Part shown: one piece after another, positions 8,812 through 17,693 of the stretch | How positions within the stretch are numbered: the first letter of the stretch is position 1 | Layout: each line of letters starts with the position of its first letter | Assembly: GCA_966128725.1 (NCBI GenBank) | Contig: CBHYLN010000046.1 | Span: forward strand, 1 to 35,187 | Reading direction: 5' to 3' | From: an uncultured bacterium | Lineage (GTDB): Bacteria; Bacteroidota; Ignavibacteria; OLB7 | Length of the DNA: 35,187 bases | Program-made: the position numbers and the translations under genes | The notes under the pieces: generated by a model | The model's input: only the letters and a program-made list of their open reading frames with translations | Database searches by the model: none | Told to the model about the DNA's origin: nothing

Positions 8812-9339
8812 CTATTGCATTGGATAACAGGCGCAACCGCAACCGCCGCCGATGCAGATGAAGTAGTTCATCACCAGATACGGCGGCATGTTCTCGTGCG
8901 GCTGGCTGCCGCCAGTGTTGGCGATTGTACCTGTGTTCAGCGTCGAGCCGTCGCCTGTGGGGCGATAGAACACCGTTGTTGTGGGATCGCTCGATGCAGC
9001 CAGGTAGTTCCCGTTGGGTGTACCGATCGCACCCGATACGTTGGTGACGTTCACAAGGTGTGAATGCACGGGCATCTCGGCCAGCGTAAGCGTATGCACC
9101 GTTTCGCCGCCGGTATTTCCCGGCAGGAAGCCGCTGGAATCGTTGTCCACGATCACACGGCCCCGAAGATCAGGCAGCGCGAACGTTGTTATCCCGTCGC
9201 CGCCGTATGTAGTGCTCAACAGTTGATACAGATCGGGATAGTCGGCAATGTTCAACAACGCGCCATCACATGCGGCCCAACCGTGTGGTACAACGCTGAA
9301 CGCGGCGGCGATTACTTCGCCAAGGAATGCAGTTCGCAT
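8812..9339 (-). CDS. Phage tail-collar domain protein (MdpB / microcystin-dependent protein family)
   Basis: Hallmark motif PHGWAACDGALLNIADYPDLYQLLSTTYGGDGITTFALPDLRGR. Length 176 aa. A Cys/Gly-rich C-terminus (CIGGGCGCACY). AAGGAA sits 8 nt upstream of the ATG. Confidence 0.75.
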   Translation of the reverse strand: MRTAFLGEVIAAAFSVVPHGWAACDGALLNIADYPDLYQLLSTTYGGDGITTFALPDLRGRVIVDNDSSGFLPGNTGGETVHTLTLAEMPVHSHLVNVTNVSGAIGTPNGNYLAASSDPTTTVFYRPTGDGSTLNTGTIANTGGSQPHENMPPYLVMNYFICIGGGCGCACYPMQ

Positions 9340-9860
9340 AGTCTTGTGTTCCTTCTTTCGAACAATTGATGGATGTATGTATGGGGTAAACGGCACGGCG
9401 ACGATATGGTGATTGTCGCCGATGCCATCGAACATTTATTCGGCTTACGGCCGTGCCGCCAAGCGCCGGCGCATGCGGTCAGCGCATACAGGCGATACGC
9501 CGTGCGGTCAATCTGAAACGGGGGATAGGGGAGGTGTGGGGGCGCGTCGCAACATACAGGTTTAGGGTGATTAGTGGTGCAGTCTTCCGGTGATAGTGGT
9601 AGCGGTCAAACCTCTGCGCCTGCTGGTGTGCTTCCGTTGTTCATCTGCGCCCGCGCCAGGCTTGCATGGTAAACACCGGCGTTGTAGAATTGCGGCCCGA
9701 TTTTTCAGCCACCAACTACCTGGAGGTTTGCCATGGCAACAACACGGAACAACACAGCGCGCTGCTTTTAGCGAGGAGCCGGAGTTCGAGCAGTTCGACG
9801 ACATGCCGTCCTTTCGAGATCACCAGCAAGCGGCGCAAGGGATATCCCTCGGAGACGAAC

Positions 9861-10070
9861 GTGAAGAAGGGTGTGAGGGTGGTGCATGGTCATAAGGAGC
9901 TCCTCGAGAAGCTCGGCCGGCGCGATCCCTGCCCGTGCGGCTCGGCGCGCGCGTTCAAGAACTGCTGCATGAAGCGCGGCCGTTACGACGGCGCGCTCCG
10001 AGGGCATTTCTTTCAGGGAGAAGGACTGATGCACAGGGCCGGTGTACTTCATGGTGCGCCGGCCCTGTGA
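9861..10070 (+). CDS. Small SEC-C metal-binding motif protein, 69 aa, GTG start
   Basis: [15 protein letters not shown] matches the SecA C-terminal zinc-binding (SEC-C) motif. GGAGA sits 5 nt upstream of the GTG. The upstream in-frame sequence is low-complexity Ser-rich and unlikely to be coding. Confidence 0.35.
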   Translation: MKKGVRVVHGHKELLEKLGRRDPCPCGSARAFKNCCMKRGRYDGALRGHFFQGEGLMHRAGVLHGAPAL

Positions 10071-10215
10071 TGTTTGCGCAATCGAGGTCGGTTGCGCATG
10101 ACATGGGGAAACGCCGCCGGCTCATGCGGCGTGTTTCGGCATGTCGTGCCAGGGCCCGCTGGGGCCTCCGTGGCCGGTGTTCCATCGATCTATCCCCGGA
10201 GCCCCCATCCCGATA

Positions 10216-10227
10216 CCCCCCCCCCCC
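10216..10227. repeat. Homopolymeric C12 tract, intergenic, about 300 bp upstream of the T9SS beta-propeller gene
   Basis: Twelve consecutive C residues, counted directly. A run of this length is very unlikely by chance in 35 kb. Confidence 0.8.
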
Positions 10228-10523
10228 GGTACCCCAACATGTACTGTCATGGCATGGGGGACTCGCCGATATTCGATTCGGTCACAGTGCATTGGCGGCA
10301 AGCCGCCGTGCAACATTGCGCTACCACTGCCCACCGGCGGTACTGCTATCGGTGTGATCCTGGTGTTGCATCCGGTGCGGGGCTTTCCGATCTGCCCGGC
10401 AAAGCGGGACGTATCGCCCCGCCTTGCGCGCATCCTTGGTGAATGCGTGCAAGGTTGTGCCGGGCGCGGCATCCAAAACAACACCTTCCTTCCATATCAG
10501 CCTTTGAAATCTGGAGGTCAACA

Positions 10524-12404
10524 ATGAGACACGGCATATCATGCTGGCGTGCGCTGCAGGGAGTGCTTGCGGCCGCGGCGATGGTGACAGTGCTCGGGGC
10601 TCCCGAGGCGTCGGCGCAGCGTTTTCAGTTTGCATACGGCAGTCCAACATGCGTCGAGAGCGGTCTGCACGGCGTAAAGCAGCTTGCCGGCGGCGGGTAC
10701 GTCGCTGTGGGCGAATCGTTCCAGCAGCCAGGCGCCGTCTGCGGTACCTCGGATGCATACGTGGCGGTAACAAACGCGGCCGGCGCGCAGGTATGGTCCA
10801 TTACGTACCAGATGGGCGTTAACTCGCGCGCCACCGACGTGCTGGAGCTTGCCAACGGCGATCTGATCGTCTGCGGCTACGGCACCATCGGCCAATCGAC
10901 GTGCCATCCGGGCGTTTCCAACGACATCTTCATCCTGCATCTGGCCCCGAACGGAGGGGTAGTCAACTGGAGCACGTACGGCGGTGCCAATACGGACGAA
11001 GAGGCATGGAAGATCATCGCGGCGACCGTTGGCGACAACATCACCACCTTCGCTGGTGACTATGTGGTGGCTGGTTCCAGCACCAATCAGAACACGCCCG
11101 GTAATCGTGGCGGATATCTGTTGCGCGTGAATGCCGGCCTGGGCTTCATATGGGATCATCAGTACGGCACGGCCAACAATGACGACTACTTCTACGGTCT
11201 GGACGAAGTGCCGGCCAACCAGGCAGGCGCCGGCGATATCGTTGCCGTTGGTGGCACCACAACGCCGCCGGCGATCGGCACCGACGTGTTTGTTGCCCGC
11301 GTGAACGGCAACAACGGCAACATCGGTTTGCCGCCGCAGAATCAGTCGTGGACGGATTTCCCGAACCCCATCGCCGGCGGCGTGGATGAGGGGCGTTCGG
11401 TGATCGTGCTGCGTAACGGCCCCAATGCCGGCGACATCGTGATCGCCGGGTTTACCACGGGCGCACCGATGCCCAGCACCAGCGACGAGGCGTTTGTGCT
11501 GGAGCTTGGCCCCGACCCCTGCAATCAGATTGCCAACGTGTTCTTCGGCGACAACGGCCCGCTGCCGGATCGCGCCTACGATCTGGTTGAGGATGCCAAC
11601 CCGACGATTGCGATCGGCGATGTGATGGTGACGGGCTTTACCAACATTCCCGGCGGCTTCGGCCAGGAGGACGTGTTCCTGCAGCGTGTGGGCACCGGCC
11701 CCGGCATGGCGCTTGTTGGGCCGGCCGGCGTGTATGGTGGAGTGGGCAACGATGAAGGTTGGTCGGTTGGGAACGCCGTGAACAATAATCCGCTGCAGGG
11801 TGAAACCCCCGGATACATTGCCAACGGCTTCACCGCAAGCAACAACCTGATCGGCGCTGCCGATCCGCAGCAACTGTATCTGATCAAGACCGATGTTGGG
11901 CTCGGCAGTCTTTGCAACAACGTGCTGATTCCCATGCCGGCCGGCGTGGCGCCAAATGCAACGCTGTGCGGCTCGGCGCTGGGGCCAAGGATCGGTTTGC
12001 AGTGCAAGCCCAACATCAGCAAGCTGCCGTGGCAGTGGGGCAACCAGCTCTGTTATGCGTTCCCGCAGGCACACCAGGGCGGCGGCAACGGTAACGACGG
12101 TACTGCCGGCATCGACGACGCGGCCACCATCACCTTCAACGAAGGCCGTATGACATCGTATCCCAACCCGCTTCGCAGCGGCGACGTGCTGAACCTTCGG
12201 TTCGAGCTGTCCGCCGCCGCAACGGCGAACATAACGGTGAGCGATATCGCTGGCCGCGAAACATACAGGAATCAGATCGCGATGGGGAAGGGAACCGAAC
12301 TGGTGCCCGTGAGCACCGAGCGGTGGACCGCCGGCACATACCTGGTGCGCGTGACGGTGGGCACCGTCACCACCACGTCGCATGTGGCGGTGATGCCCAA
12401 GTAG
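10524..12404 (+). CDS. Secreted beta-propeller (SBBP-type) repeat protein with T9SS C-terminal sorting domain
   Basis: GGAGG sits 6 nt upstream of the ATG. Signal peptide with cleavage around AQ (...VLGAPEASAQ). Recurrent beta-propeller repeat blocks (DIFILHLAPNGG, DVFVARVNGNNG, DEAFVLELGP, EDVFLQRVG). The C-terminus (SYPNPLRSGDVLNLRFELS...ITVSDIAGRETYRN...GTYLVRVTVG) matches a Por/T9SS secretion tail. Confidence 0.85.
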   Translation: MRHGISCWRALQGVLAAAAMVTVLGAPEASAQRFQFAYGSPTCVESGLHGVKQLAGGGYVAVGESFQQPGAVCGTSDAYVAVTNAAGAQVWSITYQMGVNSRATDVLELANGDLIVCGYGTIGQSTCHPGVSNDIFILHLAPNGGVVNWSTYGGANTDEEAWKIIAATVGDNITTFAGDYVVAGSSTNQNTPGNRGGYLLRVNAGLGFIWDHQYGTANNDDYFYGLDEVPANQAGAGDIVAVGGTTTPPAIGTDVFVARVNGNNGNIGLPPQNQSWTDFPNPIAGGVDEGRSVIVLRNGPNAGDIVIAGFTTGAPMPSTSDEAFVLELGPDPCNQIANVFFGDNGPLPDRAYDLVEDANPTIAIGDVMVTGFTNIPGGFGQEDVFLQRVGTGPGMALVGPAGVYGGVGNDEGWSVGNAVNNNPLQGETPGYIANGFTASNNLIGAADPQQLYLIKTDVGLGSLCNNVLIPMPAGVAPNATLCGSALGPRIGLQCKPNISKLPWQWGNQLCYAFPQAHQGGGNGNDGTAGIDDAATITFNEGRMTSYPNPLRSGDVLNLRFELSAAATANITVSDIAGRETYRNQIAMGKGTELVPVSTERWTAGTYLVRVTVGTVTTTSHVAVMPK

Positions 12405-12498
12405 CGGCCGCGTTTCGCGGCCGGTAGAATGGTTTTACAACCAAGATGCCGTGATGCCAACGTAGCGACCGCGTTTCGCGGCCGGTTGATTGGTGCCA
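12389..12498. repeat. Tandem duplication (~62-bp period, ~85% identity) of a module consisting of the gene's last codons, the stop and a hairpin
   Basis: Copy 1 (12389-12437) reads gtgatgcccaagTAGcggccgcgtttcgcggccggtagaatgg. Copy 2 (12451-12498) reads gtgatgccaacgTAGcgaccgcgtttcgcggccggttgattgg. Each copy carries a GC hairpin (CGGCCGCG-TTT-CGCGGCCG at 12405-12423, degenerate at 12467-12483). Confidence 0.7.
12405..12423 (+). terminator. GC-rich triloop hairpin immediately after the stop codon, with no U-tract, so a putative terminator or RNA-stability element
   Basis: 8-bp perfect stem CGGCCGCG / CGCGGCCG with loop TTT, starting 1 nt after TAG 12402-12404. Confidence 0.4.
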
Positions 12499-12837
12499 CA
12501 TCCACGTTGAACAGCCAGGCCCGTGTGTGCGTTATGCATACACGGGCCTGATTGCATGTAGTCTGTTGAAGAATCGGGCTGCCATCTCGGCCAACACAGA
12601 GTTCGTGGAGCTGCCAGGTGCATCCACGGCGTTGTTGCATGGATGCGGGCATTCGCTGAACAAAGCAACGCAAAGCTCTTGTGGTACCAGGCTGCGCGCG
12701 CGGCAGCAGCGCTGCGCCCAGGTGTATGCCAATTGCGGCAGCGGAGGCATATTCAGGCGACATATGGATGAAACATATCAAGCATGGATGGCGAACGCGT
12801 GGCTAACAACACCGATATAACAGGAAGGCAGCCGGCA

Positions 12838-13590
12838 ATGAACAAAATTGCGAGGGTAACAGCTCTGTTCTGGGTTATGAAGATTGCGGCGACAACGCTT
12901 GGCGAAACCGCCGGTGACCTGCTTTCGATGACGCTCAGCGTTGGTTACGCGCTCAGCTCGGCAATTCTGCTTGGCATGTTTCTCATTGCGTTCATCGCGC
13001 AGTTGAAGGCAAAGCGATACCATCCCGCTCTCTACTGGACAGTGATACTGGCGACAAGCACGGCGGGCACCACCATCTCGGATTTGATGGACCGCACGCT
13101 CGGGCTTGGATACGCGAACGGTTCGTTGATCCTGATCGTGTGCCTGGCGGTCGTGCTGGTAACGTGGCGCCTGACGGAAAAGACGTTGTCTGTGGACAGC
13201 ATTCAATCGACACGTGCCGAGGTATTCTACTGGGCGGCGATTCTGTTCTCCAATACGCTGGGCACCGCGATGGGCGATTTTCTGGCCGATGATTCCGGCC
13301 TGGGATTTCTGGGCGGCGCAGCGCTTATCGGCGGGTTGCTGGCTCTGATATTGTTGGCAACGTATTTCACCCACATAAGCCGAGTGCTCCTGTTCTGGAT
13401 TGCCTTCGTGCTCACCCGGCCGTTTGGCGCAACCTTCGGTGATCTGCTCACCAAGCCAACCGAAAAAGGTGGGCTGGGGTTTGGGACGGTTGGCGCATCG
13501 GTATTCTTTTTGGTGGTGTTGATTGGCCTGGTGGTGTATACAGGCCGGGTGGATAAACGCTACGCAAACACGGGGGCGGTGACCGGCTGA
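12838..13590 (+). CDS. Polytopic membrane protein, COG4705-like membrane-anchored protein family
   Basis: AGGAAGG sits 9 nt upstream of the ATG. The N-terminus MNKIARVTALFWVMKIAATTLGETAGDLLS is followed by at least six hydrophobic helices with recurring GDxL/GDFL motifs. Confidence 0.65.
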   Translation: MNKIARVTALFWVMKIAATTLGETAGDLLSMTLSVGYALSSAILLGMFLIAFIAQLKAKRYHPALYWTVILATSTAGTTISDLMDRTLGLGYANGSLILIVCLAVVLVTWRLTEKTLSVDSIQSTRAEVFYWAAILFSNTLGTAMGDFLADDSGLGFLGGAALIGGLLALILLATYFTHISRVLLFWIAFVLTRPFGATFGDLLTKPTEKGGLGFGTVGASVFFLVVLIGLVVYTGRVDKRYANTGAVTG

Positions 13591-13668
13591 TTTCGCGGTA
13601 AGGGTCCGTGGCTGTGGGCAACGGGTATTTCGCGGCCACGTTCGAAACGTGATATGCCGGGAACGCAA

Positions 13669-13705
13669 GGTTCGCTCCATCTGGCCCAGCCTGACGGAGC
13701 GAACC
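13669..13705. terminator. Bidirectional terminator-like hairpin between convergent genes
   Basis: Perfect 10-bp stem GGTTCGCTCC / GGAGCGAACC with a 17-nt loop. CGGUUUCCGUACGUUCGG follows on the plus strand. It lies between the membrane protein (ends 13590, +) and the beta-propeller gene (ends 13724, -). Confidence 0.5.
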
Positions 13706-13723
13706 CGGTTTCCGTACGTTCGG

Positions 13724-15313
13724 TTACCGCGCCACAACCAGACGGGATGTGGATACGCGGCCATTGGATTCCACCGAGACGATGTACACGCCCGACGCCA
13801 GGCCGCCCAGCGGAAGCTGAACGGTGTGTTGCCCAGGCTCAAGCTCCACGGTGATCGGATCGATCGCGGGCTGGCCCAGGCCGTCGATCACGGATACCAC
13901 GGCCCGCCCACCATCGGGAATCGCGACATCCACGGCCGCATTGTCGCGCGCGGGATTCGGCCGCACGGTTTGGATCATCTCCGAGCGTGTATTGCCATCG
14001 GTCATCGATGCTGGCTTCGGGTAGTTCTTCGCGTCGATGATGACAAATCCCTGATCGGCTGTGCCCACCCAGATTGTCGAATCCGGGCCAACCGCCAGGC
14101 TTGTAATCTTATCCGAAGGCAGCCCTGTGTTGGCATTGGTAATGCGCACGTCGTTTGTGCCATCATGGCGCGTGAGCCCCATGATCTGGTCGCCCAGCCA
14201 CATCACCCCGAACTGATCGAACGCAATGCGATGCGGGCGATAACCGGGGAAGTGGTTATCGGAACTGTAATAGGTCTGCACATGCCTGGCGGGGTCCATG
14301 CTCGAAATCCCCTTTTCGGCGGCCATCCAGACGGTGTTGTTGCGGTCAACGGCGACATCGCGAATGTCGCCGGTTGGCGCGATCTGCCAGAATCCCGGCT
14401 GGAACTCCGTCCAGTACACGCCATCGAACGAACGCAGCGGGATTCCTGTTCTGGCGCCGATCCACATGGTGCCGTTGTGGCCTGCTGCCAGGATATAGGG
14501 ATCCTCGGTTGGGTATGCAGTCCACGACGTTCCGTCGTACTTGTAGAGTGCGGTAAGCGAAGCCACCCAGACACTGCCGGCGCTGTCGACCACGATGGGG
14601 GCCGTTGTGGGGCTGACTTGCATATCGCGGGGGTTCTCCGACGATGACCAGCGGCCGTTCTTGTAACGCATCACACGGATCCCCACGCCAAATCCTCGAT
14701 CGTCCACGCCGACCATCCAGATCGAATTGTCGTTGCCAACCGCCATGCCCAGGATAAAGCCGGGCATGATGTGGAACGCCGTATCGCTGCAGGGCGCGGC
14801 CCAGTTTATCCCATCGTACGTAACAACGCCGTCCGGCGTAAGCACCCAGCCCATGCCGTTGTGGTCCACCACGATCTTCGCGATACCATTCGATGGCAAC
14901 GGCGAATTCTCCATCGTGAATGCGCGAAACGGGGTCTTGCGTTGCAGCACGATCATGGTCGTGTCGTACGATACGGCGGGTCCGTTATGTGCCTTTACCA
15001 CGATGCGATGCAGTCCGTTGGCAACGCTGGCATCGAACTCGACCTTCACGGAACCCTGATCCGTGTACGGGTGGTTGATAAGGCCGGGTGAGACTGTCAG
15101 CAGGTTGTCGGGAATCGTGGGAGATGACACCGTCAGATAGACGCTTGCGGTAAATCCCGATATGGCGCTGGTTTGTACGGTGAGGTACACTGCCTCGCCG
15201 GCGGAGCGGGTGAACGACGGGGTTACCGAAACCGAGATGAGCTGTGCGGAGAGCCTACCGGCCGCAAGGAGCGTTATGGCGGAACAAAGTACGGCCCGGA
15301 ATGTGCGTGTCAT
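13724..15313 (-). CDS. Secreted beta-propeller protein (two-component-regulator-propeller / Y_Y_Y-like repeats) with T9SS C-terminal sorting domain
   Basis: Signal peptide MTRTFRAVLCSAITLLAAGRLSAQ. Repeated W-containing propeller blades (NSIWMVGVDD, GSVWVASL, GTMWIGAR, NTVWMAAEKG, GVMWLGD, STIWVGTAD). The C-terminus VRPNPARDNAAVDVAI...GVYIVSVESNGRVSTSRLVV is a T9SS tail. Confidence 0.8.
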   Translation of the reverse strand: MTRTFRAVLCSAITLLAAGRLSAQLISVSVTPSFTRSAGEAVYLTVQTSAISGFTASVYLTVSSPTIPDNLLTVSPGLINHPYTDQGSVKVEFDASVANGLHRIVVKAHNGPAVSYDTTMIVLQRKTPFRAFTMENSPLPSNGIAKIVVDHNGMGWVLTPDGVVTYDGINWAAPCSDTAFHIMPGFILGMAVGNDNSIWMVGVDDRGFGVGIRVMRYKNGRWSSSENPRDMQVSPTTAPIVVDSAGSVWVASLTALYKYDGTSWTAYPTEDPYILAAGHNGTMWIGARTGIPLRSFDGVYWTEFQPGFWQIAPTGDIRDVAVDRNNTVWMAAEKGISSMDPARHVQTYYSSDNHFPGYRPHRIAFDQFGVMWLGDQIMGLTRHDGTNDVRITNANTGLPSDKITSLAVGPDSTIWVGTADQGFVIIDAKNYPKPASMTDGNTRSEMIQTVRPNPARDNAAVDVAIPDGGRAVVSVIDGLGQPAIDPITVELEPGQHTVQLPLGGLASGVYIVSVESNGRVSTSRLVVAR

Positions 15314-15479
15314 GTGATGTCTTCCTGCTCTGGTGAGGTAGGATGGTTCGCAAACCCATCGGTGCGCCGGCCGGTGGGCGTGCCCAGGCTCGTAACCCGG
15401 GCTTCATCGACAAAGACACTTTGCAATGGCAAGTGTTACACACGCGACCGTGCGGGCCGCGTAATCGCTGGGCTGCGGA

Positions 15480-15917
15480 TCAGTGCCCGTACAGCTCCTT
15501 GCGGATCGCCATCAGCATCTTCTCCATCTTGAAAATGGGCGCATTGCGGGCGGATACGTTGTGGGTGATTGTACCGGTGCTGCTCTTCAGGGCCTCGGCT
15601 GCGCCGGGGTTCTGGAGGATCTTCTGCCGCACTGCTTCACGGATAAGTCCCTCGTGTTCGGCGCTGCCAACCGCGATTGTCAATCCCGCAATCTCGAAGT
15701 GGCTTGCGCGTTTGCCGCGGCCCGCGTTCTTGGCGGCCAGCCCAGCCAGGCCGAACACGTAGGCGCGCCGATCGCCCTTCGATTTCAGCCCCTGCCAGAA
15801 TCCCTCAACCGAGCGGCAATGGAACTGCTCGCCGTTGATCGTAATGGTGAAGGGTGTCTCGGCCAGGTTGAAGAGGATGCGTTCGACCGGGTTGCCGGAT
15901 CGGTAGCTGATGTTCAT
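15480..15917 (-). CDS. Putative NADAR-domain (YbiA/RibX-like) protein, 146 aa
   Basis: The N-terminal block ILFNLAETPFTITINGEQFHCRSVEGFWQGLK aligns by eye with the conserved I.FY...FSNF...I.V.G..W.TSEHYFQAQK core of YbiA-type NADAR proteins. The assignment is tentative. Confidence 0.4.
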   Translation of the reverse strand: MNISYRSGNPVERILFNLAETPFTITINGEQFHCRSVEGFWQGLKSKGDRRAYVFGLAGLAAKNAGRGKRASHFEIAGLTIAVGSAEHEGLIREAVRQKILQNPGAAEALKSSTGTITHNVSARNAPIFKMEKMLMAIRKELYGH

Positions 15918-16142
15918 GGATATGATGTCGGCTGTTGATGAGGCCGCAAATGTACGATGCCGAAACAAGTGAGCGATCTTCCTTGGTGCGGTTCCTCACC
16001 GAAGGAGCAGGACAGGCTTCTCGGTTATCGTGCTTCGTTGCCCTGTGTGAGTTACGCTTGTCCATTTCGGGGCGTCTGGTTCCTCTTATCATCACCCGCC
16101 CATCCATATTCCAACCCCAATAATTCAATGGAGCGATTGACC

Positions 16143-16541
16143 ATGAACACATCGAACCGCAGGCTTTCGATGGCAATGATCGCGGTGGCGATGGCCGCAT
16201 TTGTTGTGCTGGTAGCCGCCACTTCGGCGCAAGCGCAGCTTACCGTCACCAACAACTCGGGATGTGACGTTCTGCTTACGCTGGTTGATGCCGGCGGTAA
16301 CCTCTCCGGGCCATATCTGGTTCCTTCAGGCGTGGCGACGGTGATACCCACACCGCCGGGCTACGACCCGGTGGCAGTGGAGGATATCAACGGCCGTACC
16401 CGCAACTTCGTCGGCAAGGGTGGATGTACAGGCTGCATTCCTCTGCCAGCGCAGGGTGGTGCCAGCGATGTCTGCTGCGTGAACGTCTGCCATCCGCCCG
16501 GGACGGATGTGATAACCATCACGGCATGCAGCCCATGTTAG
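16143..16541 (+). CDS. Small secreted cysteine-rich protein, paralog 1 (132 aa, 8 Cys in the mature part)
   Basis: Signal peptide MNTSNRRLSMAMIAVAMAAFVVLVAATSAQAQ. The mature domain carries the pattern VTNNSGC...GGCTGCIPLP...VCCVNVC...ITACSPC, which is shared with the ORF at 20193. Confidence 0.6.
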   Translation: MNTSNRRLSMAMIAVAMAAFVVLVAATSAQAQLTVTNNSGCDVLLTLVDAGGNLSGPYLVPSGVATVIPTPPGYDPVAVEDINGRTRNFVGKGGCTGCIPLPAQGGASDVCCVNVCHPPGTDVITITACSPC

Positions 16542-16592
16542 TTGGGGCGTTGCCGAAAAGCCACGGGGTGTAGCAGCCGGTGTAGCAATATG

Positions 16593-16632
16593 CGGGCGGG
16601 AGAGTCAGATCTTCCGCCCGTGTTTCTTTTGG
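16593..16632 (+). terminator. Intrinsic terminator for the cysteine-rich gene
   Basis: Stem CGGGCGG / CCGCCCG with a 14-nt loop, followed by UGUUUCUUUUGG. It lies 52 bp after the stop. Confidence 0.6.
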
Positions 16633-17074
16633 CCTGTCCCGGTCGCATTACCCGAATGTGCTGCCCGATCCTTGAAGTGGCGAGCACCGTATACCCGCTG
16701 CCCGCACGAAATGCAGGGTACACAAAGATGTACTCGCCACCGTGAGCAATAACAGATAAGTTCGTGCTGGTTCAACCTCCCCCCTCGCCCAACGCCCCAG
16801 AACATTCAAGAATTCGGAACCACGAATTTTCGCCTCGGCGTCGCCGGTGCGGCTGCTACTTCTTTGCCGTGCCATTTCGTGATGCGTGGTGATCAACGAA
16901 GCCGAATCCGGCTTGTTCCGAAGGCGACGAGCTGCAATGCTTGAGTATGCCGGCATCGCGTGCTCGACTCAGTTACTCTTCAAAAAAGATATTCGTGATC
17001 GTTCGAACTGTCAATGCTGGAATGGCCACTGGTTATTGACATAACTTATGCACATAAACAACAGGATAAACGCT

Positions 17075-17590
17075 ATGAAAATGCATGCGTATTGGTTTGC
17101 TGGCGCGGCGTCTGTAGCAGTAGCGGCAGCAATTGCCGTCGGCTGCAACGATACCGAGACGGCGCCATCAAATCTTCTTTCGGCGAAGGGCGCCGGAAGC
17201 GTTCAACATACCTCCGGCAAGAGTCTTCTTGGGCTGCAAGCCGTCGGGGACTCGGTGCCGGGGGGTGATACAACGGTAATTGATCCGTTCCCTGACGGAT
17301 TGGAAGGCACCGAGGAACCCTGTGCCGAATGTATCGGCGGCGATCCGCCCGCCGAAATTGAGGTGCACATAGTTTCCGAACTACTGAAGTCGACAAAAAT
17401 GAAGCTCACACACATCGCTACCGGCGACGACAAGTCCCGCTACGAGACTGTGTATCACTTCCCTGATGGCCCGCTGAAGAGCAAGAAGTACAAGCTGATC
17501 TTCGAGCATGTCAAGGAAGGCGAGAACAAGTCCAAATATCGCCGCATCACAACAATCCCGATCACCGAGGCAGTTGGCGGGATTGAGTAA
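17075..17590 (+). CDS. Hypothetical lipoprotein, 171 aa
   Basis: MKMHAYWFAGAASVAVAAAIAVGCNDTE reads as signal peptide plus lipobox Cys. AGGA sits 8 nt upstream. The gene sits in the local lower-GC stretch. No family is recognised. Confidence 0.55.
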   Translation: MKMHAYWFAGAASVAVAAAIAVGCNDTETAPSNLLSAKGAGSVQHTSGKSLLGLQAVGDSVPGGDTTVIDPFPDGLEGTEEPCAECIGGDPPAEIEVHIVSELLKSTKMKLTHIATGDDKSRYETVYHFPDGPLKSKKYKLIFEHVKEGENKSKYRRITTIPITEAVGGIE

Positions 17591-17693
17591 ATATCGACGA
17601 TGACTACACAGGCCGGTGCGGATTTTAGGACATTTTTCGCTCCGGCCTGCGTAACCCATGATTGCCCCAAGTTGTCACAATCGGAATTGCACC

